A program made the position numbers and the translations under genes. A stretch of DNA of 64,000 bases from Nitrospirales bacterium (GTDB taxonomy: Bacteria; Nitrospirota; Nitrospiria; Nitrospirales; UBA8639): assembly GCA_965203295.1 (NCBI GenBank), contig CBDBCZ010000018.1:1536001-1600000 (forward strand), given 5' to 3'. Under the pieces are notes generated by a model. It was not told the origin of the DNA, made no database searches, and saw only the letters and a list, made by a program, of their open reading frames with translations. Positions 13,570 through 24,915 of the stretch are shown here, piece by piece. How positions within the stretch are numbered: the stretch's first letter is position 1; every line of letters begins with the position of its first letter.

Positions 13570-15379
13570 CATAGATAATAACTACGTAACCGGGATTGGA
13601 AACGCGATTATTTCACGCCACCATCCGTGCAACGCCCTCCCCGTGTTGCGCGCGCGCCGCTCGTATAGAAACGTGTATTCAGCTGTTATCAGTGCTATGG
13701 CAGAAGAAGCTACTGGCAATCTTTGCAACCACAGACAATTCAAACTGCAACAGCAAGTGTTGTATCAATACCTTGTATGCATGTAGCTACACTGTGTTCA
13801 AACAGCTGTTTATACATGATAACATAAATGCTGGTAGATTCATAATTACTCTGTGTATGTAGAATACACCATCAACAGTCAATGGCTCTCATGATCATGC
13901 CATGGTCATACTTGACAGAGTGGAAACCGATGTGGATACATGTAGGTGTTGGAGTAGAGTTGTCCCGTTAACTCCCGGGAGATTTTTGGGCTGAGACTTG
14001 GTGTTGTCCGCTGGTGGGAGGGTCCGTTATGGGAGGTTCCACTGTATATATATACTAGTCCAGGCATGCACATCCTATAATGCACACCTATGCCTATATA
14101 TGCATGGTCTACAGCATACCTTGATGGGAAGGAGAAAATTCAAACTCAGTGTACTACGTAAGAACTATGAACGTAGTAATATGTTCCGAATTTCCTTCCA
14201 GTCAGCATTCGTCTGAGTCCATTTAGTCCACAGCTGGGCTCCTGACTACTAAATACTGAGTGTAGTTCACTTGAGGAGCCTAATTAGAGGTATTCTGAAA
14301 GGGAGCAACAAATGCAATCCCAGTAGGTTGGTCAATGGTAGAAGACGACAAATAATTTGAAGTAAGGCAGATAATGGCGAAGGTATTAGCCCAGGAAATG
14401 AAAACAGTAGGTGTAAAGAACTTCACTGTACATACATGTACTTACACTGTTACAGTACATGTACATGCTCAAAAAACCATAAAGGACACCAGCTGTGGCA
14501 CCGATTGGAATTACTATAGGGCTAGCTGTGGCACCGATTGGAATTACTATAGGGCTAGTGTAGAAACCCCCCACGAGCGGATGCTTCTTGATTCCAGACA
14601 GAGGACAAACTGCACTCTCCCGACTGCAGAAGACAGCTGCAAACTAAAAAAATTTGCCATCTTGCCTATGACAAATATTGACTGCATTTAACTGGTAGCT
14701 ATACATGTGTATCAAAAGAATCCTACAAGAAAATGATAAAGCAGGAACTTGTGAGGGGCATGCATGTCATGATTACCAAGGCACACCTCACAAGAGAAGC
14801 AGTACTCTTATTCATTCACAGCATGCAAAGCTTCAATACCTGGCCATGCCCAGTAGCACAGTTTCTATTCTTAAATGTTAGTGTGAAGTATACAACTGTC
14901 CCACAAAAATTGTCTAAAAGAAACACCACTAACAGACAAATATTGTATACACACCTTATACCACAAGCAAGATTAAACTTTTATACCCAGCATGCAAAAC
15001 TTCATTACTTTGACAAACTAAATGTGAAATTCAGTCCTAAGAAGTGTCATGGTATAAGAGAAACTGTCCCACAAAACATTCGGGATGAGAAAATGGTTGC
15101 TATGGAACAAAAAATATGCCGTTTTTTGCACCCAAATTTTACAATATTATTCTAGTAAGCAGAAATATACCTCTCTTAGGCTGTGCAGTATTGATAGGAT
15201 GTATAAAATCTTCAAAGTGTCGCTTCAGAACTACCAGTGGGCCGCTTCTGCATCTATCTCTCGTTCCATGCGGCGTACCATAGAGCGCTGCACGGATGGG
15301 CACCGCCAAAATGTACAGGGTTTATGCGCTCACGTGATTCCGTTTCCAATCCCGGTACGTAGTAGGTTATTAATCTATG
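13570..15379. mobile_element. Non-autonomous P-element-like insertion
   Basis: TIRs CATAGATAATAACTACGTAACCGGGATTGGAAACG / CGTTTCCAATCCCGGTACGTAGTAGGTTATTAATCTATG. 7-bp TSD gtgtgta at 13563-69 and 15380-86. The paralogous copy has the empty site at 40224-40230. Confidence 0.75.
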
Positions 15380-15929
15380 GTGTGTACAAAGTGTGTGCCC
15401 AACCAGTAAAATCTACTAGTTTGTGGAACTTATCGTTATGCAAGAAATGTCATTACACTACCAGTTTACTAGTGCTACTGTAGCCACTTACGCAAGCATG
15501 GACTGAGACTCTCCGCTGAGAACTATGTAGGCCGCCTGTGAAGCCTTTTGCTTGGTCTGCAGCATGGCCAATGCATTTAGAGGGGTGTCCACAGAGCTCG
15601 ACTCCTTCATAAACTATCAAATAGAGACACAGAAAATGTGTTCAACATCACTGGATCGTAGTATATTCCACAGAAATGAGCAAAGATTTAGAAAAACAGT
15701 TAGAAATGAAAACGTAACAAGGTACCGCAAAACTTTCACGGATTACCATTCCTTGCCAATAACACACACCACCATCCCCTCCATGCCATGCACATTATGC
15801 AGTTTTCCGTGCAGGTCTTCATTTAGCTGCGCTCTTATAGTGACTGTGCAGTTGTAGGTTTGTAGCATATCAAGTGAGAAGTGTCATATTCTCCACTGTA
15901 GGGAGGAGGCAATGTATTTGCTAATAGAC

Positions 15930-17296
15930 AAGAAAACAAGTCTGACATTTCATGTCTAAAAAAACAGCCGGACGCCTTTCCCCTACCAGTCTGCACGATG
16001 CCGTCGATAATTACGTGATCACTTCCGGTTTAACCAGACGTATTGTAATGTATGGTAGCTGTAAGCGTTGGAAGGGCAGCTACTTTGCACGGCTATATCT
16101 CAAAGTGTTTGTTTTTGGTTTCTGTGATTGAGTGTTGCAGATGTTGTAACAGGTTTGCTGAAGTCTACAAAGACAGAGTGACCAGTTGCCACCGTGCTCC
16201 CGAAATGATGCCTGGACCACCACCACATCGCCGTCCACTATCGCGCCTACCAACTTTGAATTTTGGGAAAACTTGGAGCCAAGCGGTTCAGCAGAGCTAT
16301 TCTTCCTGTACAGCTACATTACCTTCCTCTCTACTATATATGTAGTTATCATTACCTGTGTACAAGTATTCTTGCAAATATGAAGTGCTAAGACTTCGAA
16401 AAAAGTGCCACGATTTGCACGCTCATAACTCAGCCCAAGTACGAGCTGTGAACTAGCAGCAAACGGCAGAGCTTTCCTCTACTATAGGTACGCATGCCTT
16501 AAAAACCTATTTGCCCTACTACATACTGTTTCTAAGATGAGTCCACGTTTACCACCACGGTGGCAGCGAAATTAGTCTCTGGTCCATTTTCGATTTTTGG
16601 GAAAACTTGGAGCCAAGTGAGTGATTTCCGTGAAACTTGCACAACATGCACGTGAGTTTGCATTAAGTAACTCAGTGTAATGCCTACCGGATATCTGCCT
16701 TTGCTTCAGAAACACGGTAAGATAAAAAATAGACTTCAGCGCTTCCACACGCTGCAGCAGGGCGAGTTACGTAACATCATGCAATCATACGTCTGATGTA
16801 TCGTTGTGTAAACCCACTAATTAATTTACCCATGTAAGCATACATGGCTTCTTGCACACAGGTGACACACCTCTTTTACCGACGGCATCGTGCTGACTGC
16901 TACAATACACACAACTCAGCTTAAGCCAAGCTAAACTACAGCTGTAGAGCCAGAGAAACTATATTCCTAGAGCGGTACAGCGAAAGTGCTGACTCAGCAG
17001 TTTCGTCATGCGCCTCCAGTTAGTAGCTATATGCCAAGAAACCAGGATCTTCACGACTATCCACCACGTTTTCGCCATCTAGGCAACACAAAACTACCTT
17101 CATTTGCTGTAGCTTGGCCTGCAAACCTCCAAACGCTGCTGTACTGCAGTTGCATAGTAACGTATGACGTAATATATTGCGCACGTGATAAGTGCGGATG
17201 CACAAACAAACAGACAAACAGACGCGGAAAACGTAAAGCAATCTTAGTACCAGCCGTTCGCGCGCTGCGCGCGCTCCGCGCGCTCCGGCTGGTAAT
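15930..17296 (-). mobile_element. Possible Helentron/DINE-like non-autonomous element
   Basis: Terminal hairpin taccagccg...cggctggta (17247-17294) adjacent to an (aaac/agac)n microsatellite, and a related taccagtctg near 15984. The segment is absent from the paralogous copy. Confidence 0.35.
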
Positions 17297-18095
17297 GAAA
17301 AAATTTCCAAAAAATTTAAAAAGATGTAGGGATGGAGTGCCAAAAAGCAAGAAAACAAGGGTAGGGATAGCATGACGCAACATACACAGCCCCATCCCTA
17401 CATCTTTTCCACATGTCACTGCAACCGTAGCACTGCAATACAATTGATGTCATACCCATTTAACCAGTGACAACTTGCACCGGCCAACCCTCTTTACACG
17501 GTTTGCTGATAATTATGTCACAGCTACATGCATGTACCCATTGAACCAGTAAATTGCGTCATTAGTATTATGTCTGAAGTATAATTATGCCTATGTTGTA
17601 TGTTATATTGATACATATTTTTAAGTGGGGTACTAATGAGGATGTACACAGTGTGTGCATGTTTGCATGTATATACATTGTACAGTGTGTTTATACAAGC
17701 AAACATACACACAGTGCATGTATATCCATGCAGGCTTATTAGTACTCGGAATGTAATTCAGCCCATGATTGTACATAGATTCTGTAATGCAGGAGCTGCT
17801 GTTTGGTGCGTCTCATACAAAAGTATGTCTGGGTACTAAGGAGGCTGGAAATAAGCTGAAATTACAAATTACATACACAGCTTAAATTTCAATACACATC
17901 CATGGGCACCCCCTTCTCAGTGCTGCCTACAGGAAGGACCGTTAAGAATTAATTAGGCCATCATTGCAGTTGACATGTGAAAAAGATGTAGGGATGGGGC
18001 TGTGTATGTTGCGTCATGCTATCCCTATCCTTGTTTTCTTGCTTTTTGGCACTCCATCGCTACATCTTTTTAAATTTTTTGGAAATTTTTTCATT
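17294..18095. mobile_element. Fold-back MITE-like element of the 'gatgtagggatgg' family
   Basis: ~125-bp inverted repeats at 17294-17422 and 17965-18095. Confidence 0.65.
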
Positions 18096-19259
18096 TTCTT
18101 GTTTCTGTGTTTTTTTAATGCTTGTTAGAATCAGTAATAAATAATTCAGAGTATAACATTAAATACAAGTTATAATTATACCAGTTGATGAAATAAGTTG
18201 TTACATGACAGGCACTCCATCCCTAATTATAAAGGTTCTTCTTAAATTTTTCTGTTTGTAGATTATTTTTGGTTGTCATAGTATAGATCAGGGTTTTATA
18301 CAGGAATTTTGCTTTGTGGCGGGGCAAGAGGCTTTTGTTTTGAACACCAGACATCATTCTAAGGAGATCTAGGGGCATCTCCCTCCCCCCAAAAAACCTC
18401 CACCTCTATTTGGAACTCTATCTTAAGATGCATAACGAGCCGACCGCACTGCCAAAGGTAAAGACAATAGATAATAAGTAAGAAAAAGCAGTTCATGGTA
18501 CCTGAAAACGCAGACAGAAAGTTTCAGAGACAGAGGTAAATTTCGGCGTGTTATCCTGGACACCCCAACTTGTGAATTTTTCTTAGCAATACAGGTAAGA
18601 GTAGCAATCTCACGGGCCGGACTCACTCGGGGGGAGGAGTGAGTCTGGACACTACGGACAGCATTCTGTGCCATGGAAGAATGTGATTATTCCAGACTGG
18701 TCGCGTGTAAAGAATGCAGAATTAATAACTAATACTAACCGCACAGCAGCGATCAGCTTGCTATGACATTAGATCTAACGCCTCGACCACAATTTTTTGT
18801 TTGGGCTTTAGTTGTGAATAGCTGAACTTCTATCCAGCAGAAGAAATGCCATTTACTCTCATGTTGCGGTAATCACTTTTTAGTCTTGTAGTTGACATGG
18901 AAACTCTCAGCCTCACTCCTCCCCCCCAAGTGAGTCTAGACCATGAGAATGCTTCCATACCCAGGCTTTCCTTGCCTAGAATTATTTGAGTGAGGTAGGG
19001 AGGCTTTCCTCACCCAGTGAAGATGTAGCCAGCCTAGCTCTATGCATCCATACTCTATTTAACGCACATACGTAGTTGGGCTGTCTTCATACTGACACGA
19101 GTAAGTTCTTATAATAGCTACTAACCTTGGTAAAAAGGTGCACTCTAAATAATTATTCCAGCCGCACGAATAAGTTCACTGATCCATTTGCCGAAGAGCA
19201 ACACTATAAAGTACACGATGACGATCTCTGGTTGCCAAGTGCATGTCATGTGACAATCT

Positions 19260-19705
19260 CCGCGCATGCGTACAAATAATAAAATGGCGTAAAACTGGAC
19301 TGCAGAGCTCGAGAGAGCGCACTGTATATCACGTTCGAGAATCGGTTTGATCGTTATGAAGATGATGTTGTCGTGGACCTGCGCGCTCGAAAATGAAGAT
19401 CTTTCGTGCTACAATCACGGCAATCACTTGAACCAATTTTGAGCTAGCCTCGTTGAAGAAGAACAAGAAACCAGAATTAGAACGTGAACAAACTGGTAGT
19501 TCAGCCAGCTTCCAGTTTTCTACTTTAGCGAAGCTTTTTGGCGACTTTGTGAGCCTTGTTGGTTGCAGGAACCCCCGAAAATGAAGGTTAGATCCCTATA
19601 AAAGCTTAAAGCTTATTTTTTGCAGAGATTTGGAAACATTGATTTTATATTGCGTATATGGAGTGTCCGTGCCATCCCTACATAGAGAGTCTACCGACTC
19701 TCTGA
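19260..19705 (+). mobile_element. 3' end of a 'gatgtagggatgg'-family repeat (Helentron-like sub-TIR plus stem-loop); related copy at 35050-35506
   Basis: Both copies share aaatggcgtaaaac..ctcgagag.. and end ccgtgccatccctacat plus a hairpin (agagagtc-tacc-gactctct; atggagtac-tacc-gtactccat). Confidence 0.45.
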
Positions 19706-21304
19706 TAATTTTTAATTGTTTCTATGCAGTTGTGTGACTCAGGGGTCTGGCTAATGGTGACAGTAGTTGTCTGTGAGGCAGGGAGCACTATGTAGATATA
19801 TAGTGCATGTAGCAGTGTAGGATATGCTGTACATGTAGTGTTGGTTGTGAACTGCGTATATCCTATATTGTGAATGTGGCTGGTGGGATTGCGGTGGGCA
19901 ATGATGCTGATGAACATGGTAATTATGGTGTGCTGAAGGGAGTGTTCAGTGTGAGTGCAAGTTACTGCTAAGGATAAATTCCAGTGTGTAGTCTGGTGCC
20001 TTGTGGAGTTTGATACAGTAATTAGATGTGAATATGGTTGGTATGGAAGGGATTGTGGTGTGTGTGTGGTTGGCAAGATGCATGTAGGGATGGTAATCCA
20101 TGACAGTTCTTGCTGCGTGTCCGGACAATTTTCAACTGTTTAGACACCCCCTCACTTACCCTACTACTCATCCCATTAGAACCTATACAGGTACGGTACT
20201 TACAGTGACTGGGTGAGTTTTTTCCTTTTACCGTAGATAATACAGACACCATATCCATGTAATACACATGTAGCGAGCATGTATGAATGAATGCACAGCT
20301 ACAGACAAACAGGCAATGATGACAAACATGTACTACACTAATCTATACTTTAACGTTAGTTTGTCCGTCTGTCTGTCACGAATGTGACGTCTGCTAATAA
20401 AGCGCAATTGCGTGAGAATACGCAAGAAGCCTGTAATGTCATTATATGATGTCATCACTTAGTGCTATACTTTGACTGCTGCGTGCGTGAAATCCTTTTT
20501 ATACATAAATGATCTAAGCAGTAATAATTAATATTGCACAACATCCTTAGGGTAATGTAGCAGGAAAACCAAACTGTGAATATTAACTATACCGCCAAAA
20601 GAACCTAAGTGGCAAATACTGATAAATCCACTGGAAATCCTTTTTATATATAAGCGATCTAAGCAGTAATAATAATTGCACAACATCCTCAGGGAAAAGT
20701 AGCAGGACAACCAAACTGTAAATATTAACACAGAATTTGACTGGAGTTAGTCTTAGGATTGGTTACACAGGATGGCTTCTTCACTCGTGACGTAGCATGT
20801 GTATAGTAACTTTTTGCTTTTTTTGTGTGTAGAATCATATCGCTTTGGTTTTTGAAGCTCTCTTAATAGGTTTAACTGCTTCCTTGCTGCTTATAGTGGT
20901 TTAACTGCTTTCCTGCTGCTTCATCTCCTCGCCAGCTGACTTTGCAGTGTGCTGCTCACTGCTCTCATGTGATTCGTTTAAATAATTCCTATAAACTAAT
21001 GCTGGAATAATATGCTGATGCCTACTCACGTTAGTGCAGAGATAGAATATAGTATCTCTGGTTAGTGTGCGGGTATGGTTTCGCGAGACTATCTTCCCAC
21101 TTCGCGGACGTGTTTCAATACCGGGGGATGTGTTTCGATATCGTATTCCGTCCCCGGGGGACGTTTTTCTGGGGGGGACGTAATTCGATATGACACCGGG
21201 CCCAGTAGACCGTGCGGGTCCTTTGCGCCTATATATAGGCGCTCCGCGTAGACTAATTACACCGCGTACGCCTATATATAGGCGCACCGCGTGCAATGAG
21301 TAAT

Positions 21305-21572
21305 AATATAAGTGTATTGAAGATTCGGTGGACATTATAATCATGTCAGAAACACTGAAAACGAGTAGCAACGCGACTGAATCTCAAACCATATAAGGGT
21401 CTTTAAAATGCAGTGTACATAACTTGTCAGAAACGTTCATAACGAGTAGAAACGTCCCAAAAATTCAAACACAATGATTGAACATATAATGCTATTGCTA
21501 ATGTAGTGTATATATGTTGTCACAAACGCTTACAAAGAGCAGCAACACTCCCAAAATTCAAACACAATGATC
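21305..21572 (+). repeat. Fragment of the ~93-bp-unit array
   Basis: Matches 4030-4292 and 43100-43355. Confidence 0.85.
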
Positions 21573-21615
21573 TATTGTACTATACCGAACTATAAAATCA
21601 TCGCCCAACTCCACA

Positions 21616-21634
21616 TAGCCTCGTGCCCAGGCTA
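21616..21634. mobile_element. 19-bp Academ-type micro-element with 9-bp TSD
   Basis: aactccaca-TAGCCTCGTGCCCAGGCTA-aactccaca (TSD at 21607-15 and 21635-43). Confidence 0.7.
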
Positions 21635-22129
21635 AACTCCACAGTACGCTGGAGATAATAAGCGCAACTATCGCCGTCGAGAAATAGCCCCGCCTTACCT
21701 TACTCTGCGCATGCGCACACAAAACCCAATTTGTGACACGAGGCAGGCTGGCGTAGCTAGCTATAGATGGAGTTGTATCTTGCTGATCAGTATTCGTTAT
21801 TGCTTGTTTTGGTAAATTAGTACTACCGTGGACATTGCTAAGCGATCATTTTGTGAAGCAAGAGTTCGAAGCCGTTCTGATCCACAGATTAACCGTGTCA
21901 TTCTTCAATCGTCAGTGACTGCCACCACTGCTGTGAGTCATGCATGCCTATACATGTAAATACTAGCTAAATAGTGTTATTTACGGTGAATATTTATTGT
22001 GAGTGGGATATTATGAGGGAGAATAGCCAAACCAAAGTTAGAGGCTTTTGGCTGTGCGCAAAATTACTACCTGTACTGATGTAGCTACATCCTGTTCGCT
22101 CATTTATGTGTTTCATTAAGACTTTAGGT

Positions 22130-23212
22130 GGCACCCTGTCAAGATTTTCCAGACTTATCGCCATGCTGTTTGTCCGTTATTCATGTGTGTTGTCAAGATG
22201 TCTCATCTTTCGGCAACACCCTGTCAAGATGTCCCATCTTTCGGCAGGTTCATACCGTTTGTATGTAATTCATGTGTGTTGTCAAGATGTCCCATCTTTT
22301 GGCAACACCCTGTCAAGATGTCCCATCTTTCGGCAGGTTCATACCGTTTGTACGTAATTTATGTGTGTTGTCAAGATGTCCCATCTTTCGGCAGGTTCAT
22401 CCTGTTTGTACGTAATTCATGTGTGTTGTCAAGATGTCCCATCTTTCGGCAGGATCATACCGTTTGTACGTAATTCATGTGTGTTGTCAAGATGTCCCAT
22501 CTTTCGGCAGGTTCATACTGTTTGTACTTAATTCATGTGTGTTGTCAAGATGTCCCATCTTTCGGCAACACCCTGTCAAGATGTCCCATCTTTCGGCAGG
22601 TTCATACTGTTTGTACGTAATTCATGTGTGTTGTCAAGATGCCCCATCTTTCGGCAACACCCTGTCAAGATGTCCCATCTTTCGGCAGGATCATACTGTT
22701 TGTACGTAATTATTCATGTGTGTTGTCAAGACGTCCCATCTTTCGGCAACACCCTGTCAAGATGTCCCATCTTTCGGCAGGATCATACTGTTTGTACGTA
22801 ATTATTCATGTGTGTTGTCAAGATGTCCCATCTTTCGGCAACACCCTGTCAAGATGTCCCATCTTTTGGCAGGTTCATACTGTTTGTACATAATTCATGT
22901 GTGTTGTCAAGATGTCCCATCTTTCGGCAACACCCTGTCAAGATGTCCCATCTTTCGGCAGGTTCATACTGTTTGTACGTAATTCATGTGTGTTGTCAAG
23001 ATGTCCCATCTTTCGGCAACACCCTGTCAAGATGTCCCATCTTTCGGCAGGTTCATACTGTTTGTACATAATTCATGTGTGTTGTCAAGATGTCCCATCT
23101 TTCGGCAACACCATGTCAAAATGTCCCATCTTTCGGCAGGTTCATACTGTTTGTACGTAATTCATGTGTGTTGTCAAGATGTCCCATCTTTCAGCAACTT
23201 TCATGTGTGTTG
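22130..23212. repeat. Minisatellite, 89-bp unit with internal ~30-bp subrepeat (tgtcaagatgtcccatctttcggca)
   Basis: Near-identical ORF starts recur at 89-92-bp spacing (22535, 22624, 22716, 22808, 22897, 22986). Confidence 0.95.
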
Positions 23213-23740
23213 TCACTTTCCAGTTTTGCTATGTCATGTTGACTGTTGTTTGTGAAAGTCATGCTTCATACAGTCATGTACATAGTGTCTTAGACATTGT
23301 GTGTGTGTGTGTGTGTGTGTGTATTACATAATCAAATACTCTGCACCGAGTGTAAAGATATGTCAGAAGGGACCCAAAGTTAGGTACATAGCAGGGGTCA
23401 CAGGGACACAAAATGTAATATTGTCGGGCTTTGTGGTGGTACTGCTGTCAGTCTGATATGTCAGGCTTTGTGGTGGTACTGCTGTCAGTCTGATATGTGG
23501 TGGTACTTTGATTTGGTCAAATCGCCCACCTGCCCTTATACTGAATCTTAGTTTCTCTCCCTTAACTATGTTCGTGTACACATGCAGACAAACAGGCCAC
23601 TCAAGGCCACCACCAAGAACCCAAAGCCATCTTGGACGTATGTTGAGTTCCAGTCTGGAGAAGATTGTTTGAAGCCATCCATAAGAGAGTTAAAAACCTA
23701 TATTGAAATAGTGCACATCTTCCCTATTACTGCATTTGGA

Positions 23741-23836
23741 AGCTTCATTCCCAGTCACCATTCCACATCTTCTTTGCACATACTGTTTTTTAGAATGTTT
23801 GAATAAGCTATGGAGTGGAAACTGGGAATGAGGTTA
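23741..23836. mobile_element. Old Academ-type MITE
   Basis: agcttcattcccag...ctgggaatgaggtta flanked by an imperfect 9-bp TSD gcatttgga/gtatttgga. Confidence 0.55.
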
Positions 23837-24915
23837 GTATTTGGATTATCAACTCTGTCCCTTTTATTGTAAATTATAATTTTATTACATTCACAGCTGT
23901 TTTTCTACAGTACCCCGTTGCATGGATATTTCATGTAATTTTCATTGATATTTTCATGGCCTTTTAATGGATTTTCATTTGTAATTCATAACGCTAAAGG
24001 ATGAATTATGGACCAGTTTCATGGGTATTTCAGTGACCAGTTTTCACAGCAATTTCATTGATGCCGACTTTTCATGGGTATTTCATGAGTAAGTTTCATG
24101 GATTATGCACATTTTCATTGAAAGGTAGGGGCTGTGAAATGTTAAGTTTTCTTGGGTTTTTCATGCATGCATTCAATTCCAATAGCAATGAAAATATCTG
24201 GAATATGATATGAAATCTTTCATGTGGTTTTCCTAGTATTTTCATAACCTCAGCTCCAGTAGTATGAGCAGCCTTGATACATCCGCAGGCACATAAGTGA
24301 ACTTGGGTAGCCATATTCTACATTAATTAAACTCCACATTTGTAAAAGCCACACTATTTTGTTGCTTGTTCTTGCAAGACTTGAATTTTACCCGCAGCTA
24401 CTTTCCTTTAGCACTTCTAGCTGCAAGTGCAGCTACAACTTGAGGGCAATAACTAATCCGGCATGGTGTCTGATTGTGGAAATACGGTCAGTACACAGTA
24501 CTTTCGTTGTCCCTTACCATGTGACGATACATTCACCTCCATTTCTGCACTCTCTTCCCATCTTCATGCTTCCTACTACCATGGTCCCTGAAGTGATATA
24601 TACATGTACAAGTTTACATGCAAGAAAGCATTATTATGTATCTAAATACCATTCTATAACACTTTGGCCTAACCTACGTTAAAATGTCAAACTGATACTT
24701 CAACCAGAAAGAACAAACAAGAGTGAAACTTGAAGCCCCAGCAGAATAGCCTCCCCACTGTGCATTTTTAGATCTCAGACAGGGGTAGACATGATGAACG
24801 CTCATTTCAGCTACCAAGTTTCCCGTTAATTATCTCTGACATTAATATGGCTGGTGCTTTAAACACTTCTTTTACACATTAGATGCACAATGAGGTCACA
24901 AACAAGAGCACGCAC

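Larger units (their letters stand above)
12700..20003. repeat. Dispersed duplication, copy 1 (12700-13569, 15380-15928 and 19705-20003 recur joined together at 39390-41103)
   Basis: Direct sequence identity, e.g. ORFs 12866..13129 vs 39521..39826, 15552..15857 vs 40403..40588, and 19955..20143 vs 41056. Confidence 0.85.

Noticed and set aside
21060..21199. Complete Ginger-like or Academ element (..gcgagacta; ..atgaca-ccgg); similar lone end near 38260-38388
   Set aside because: Only single termini are visible, with no matching opposite end or TSD.
22106..23255. Stack of overlapping Cys-rich ORFs
   Set aside because: Artefact of an 89-bp minisatellite whose unit is not a multiple of 3.
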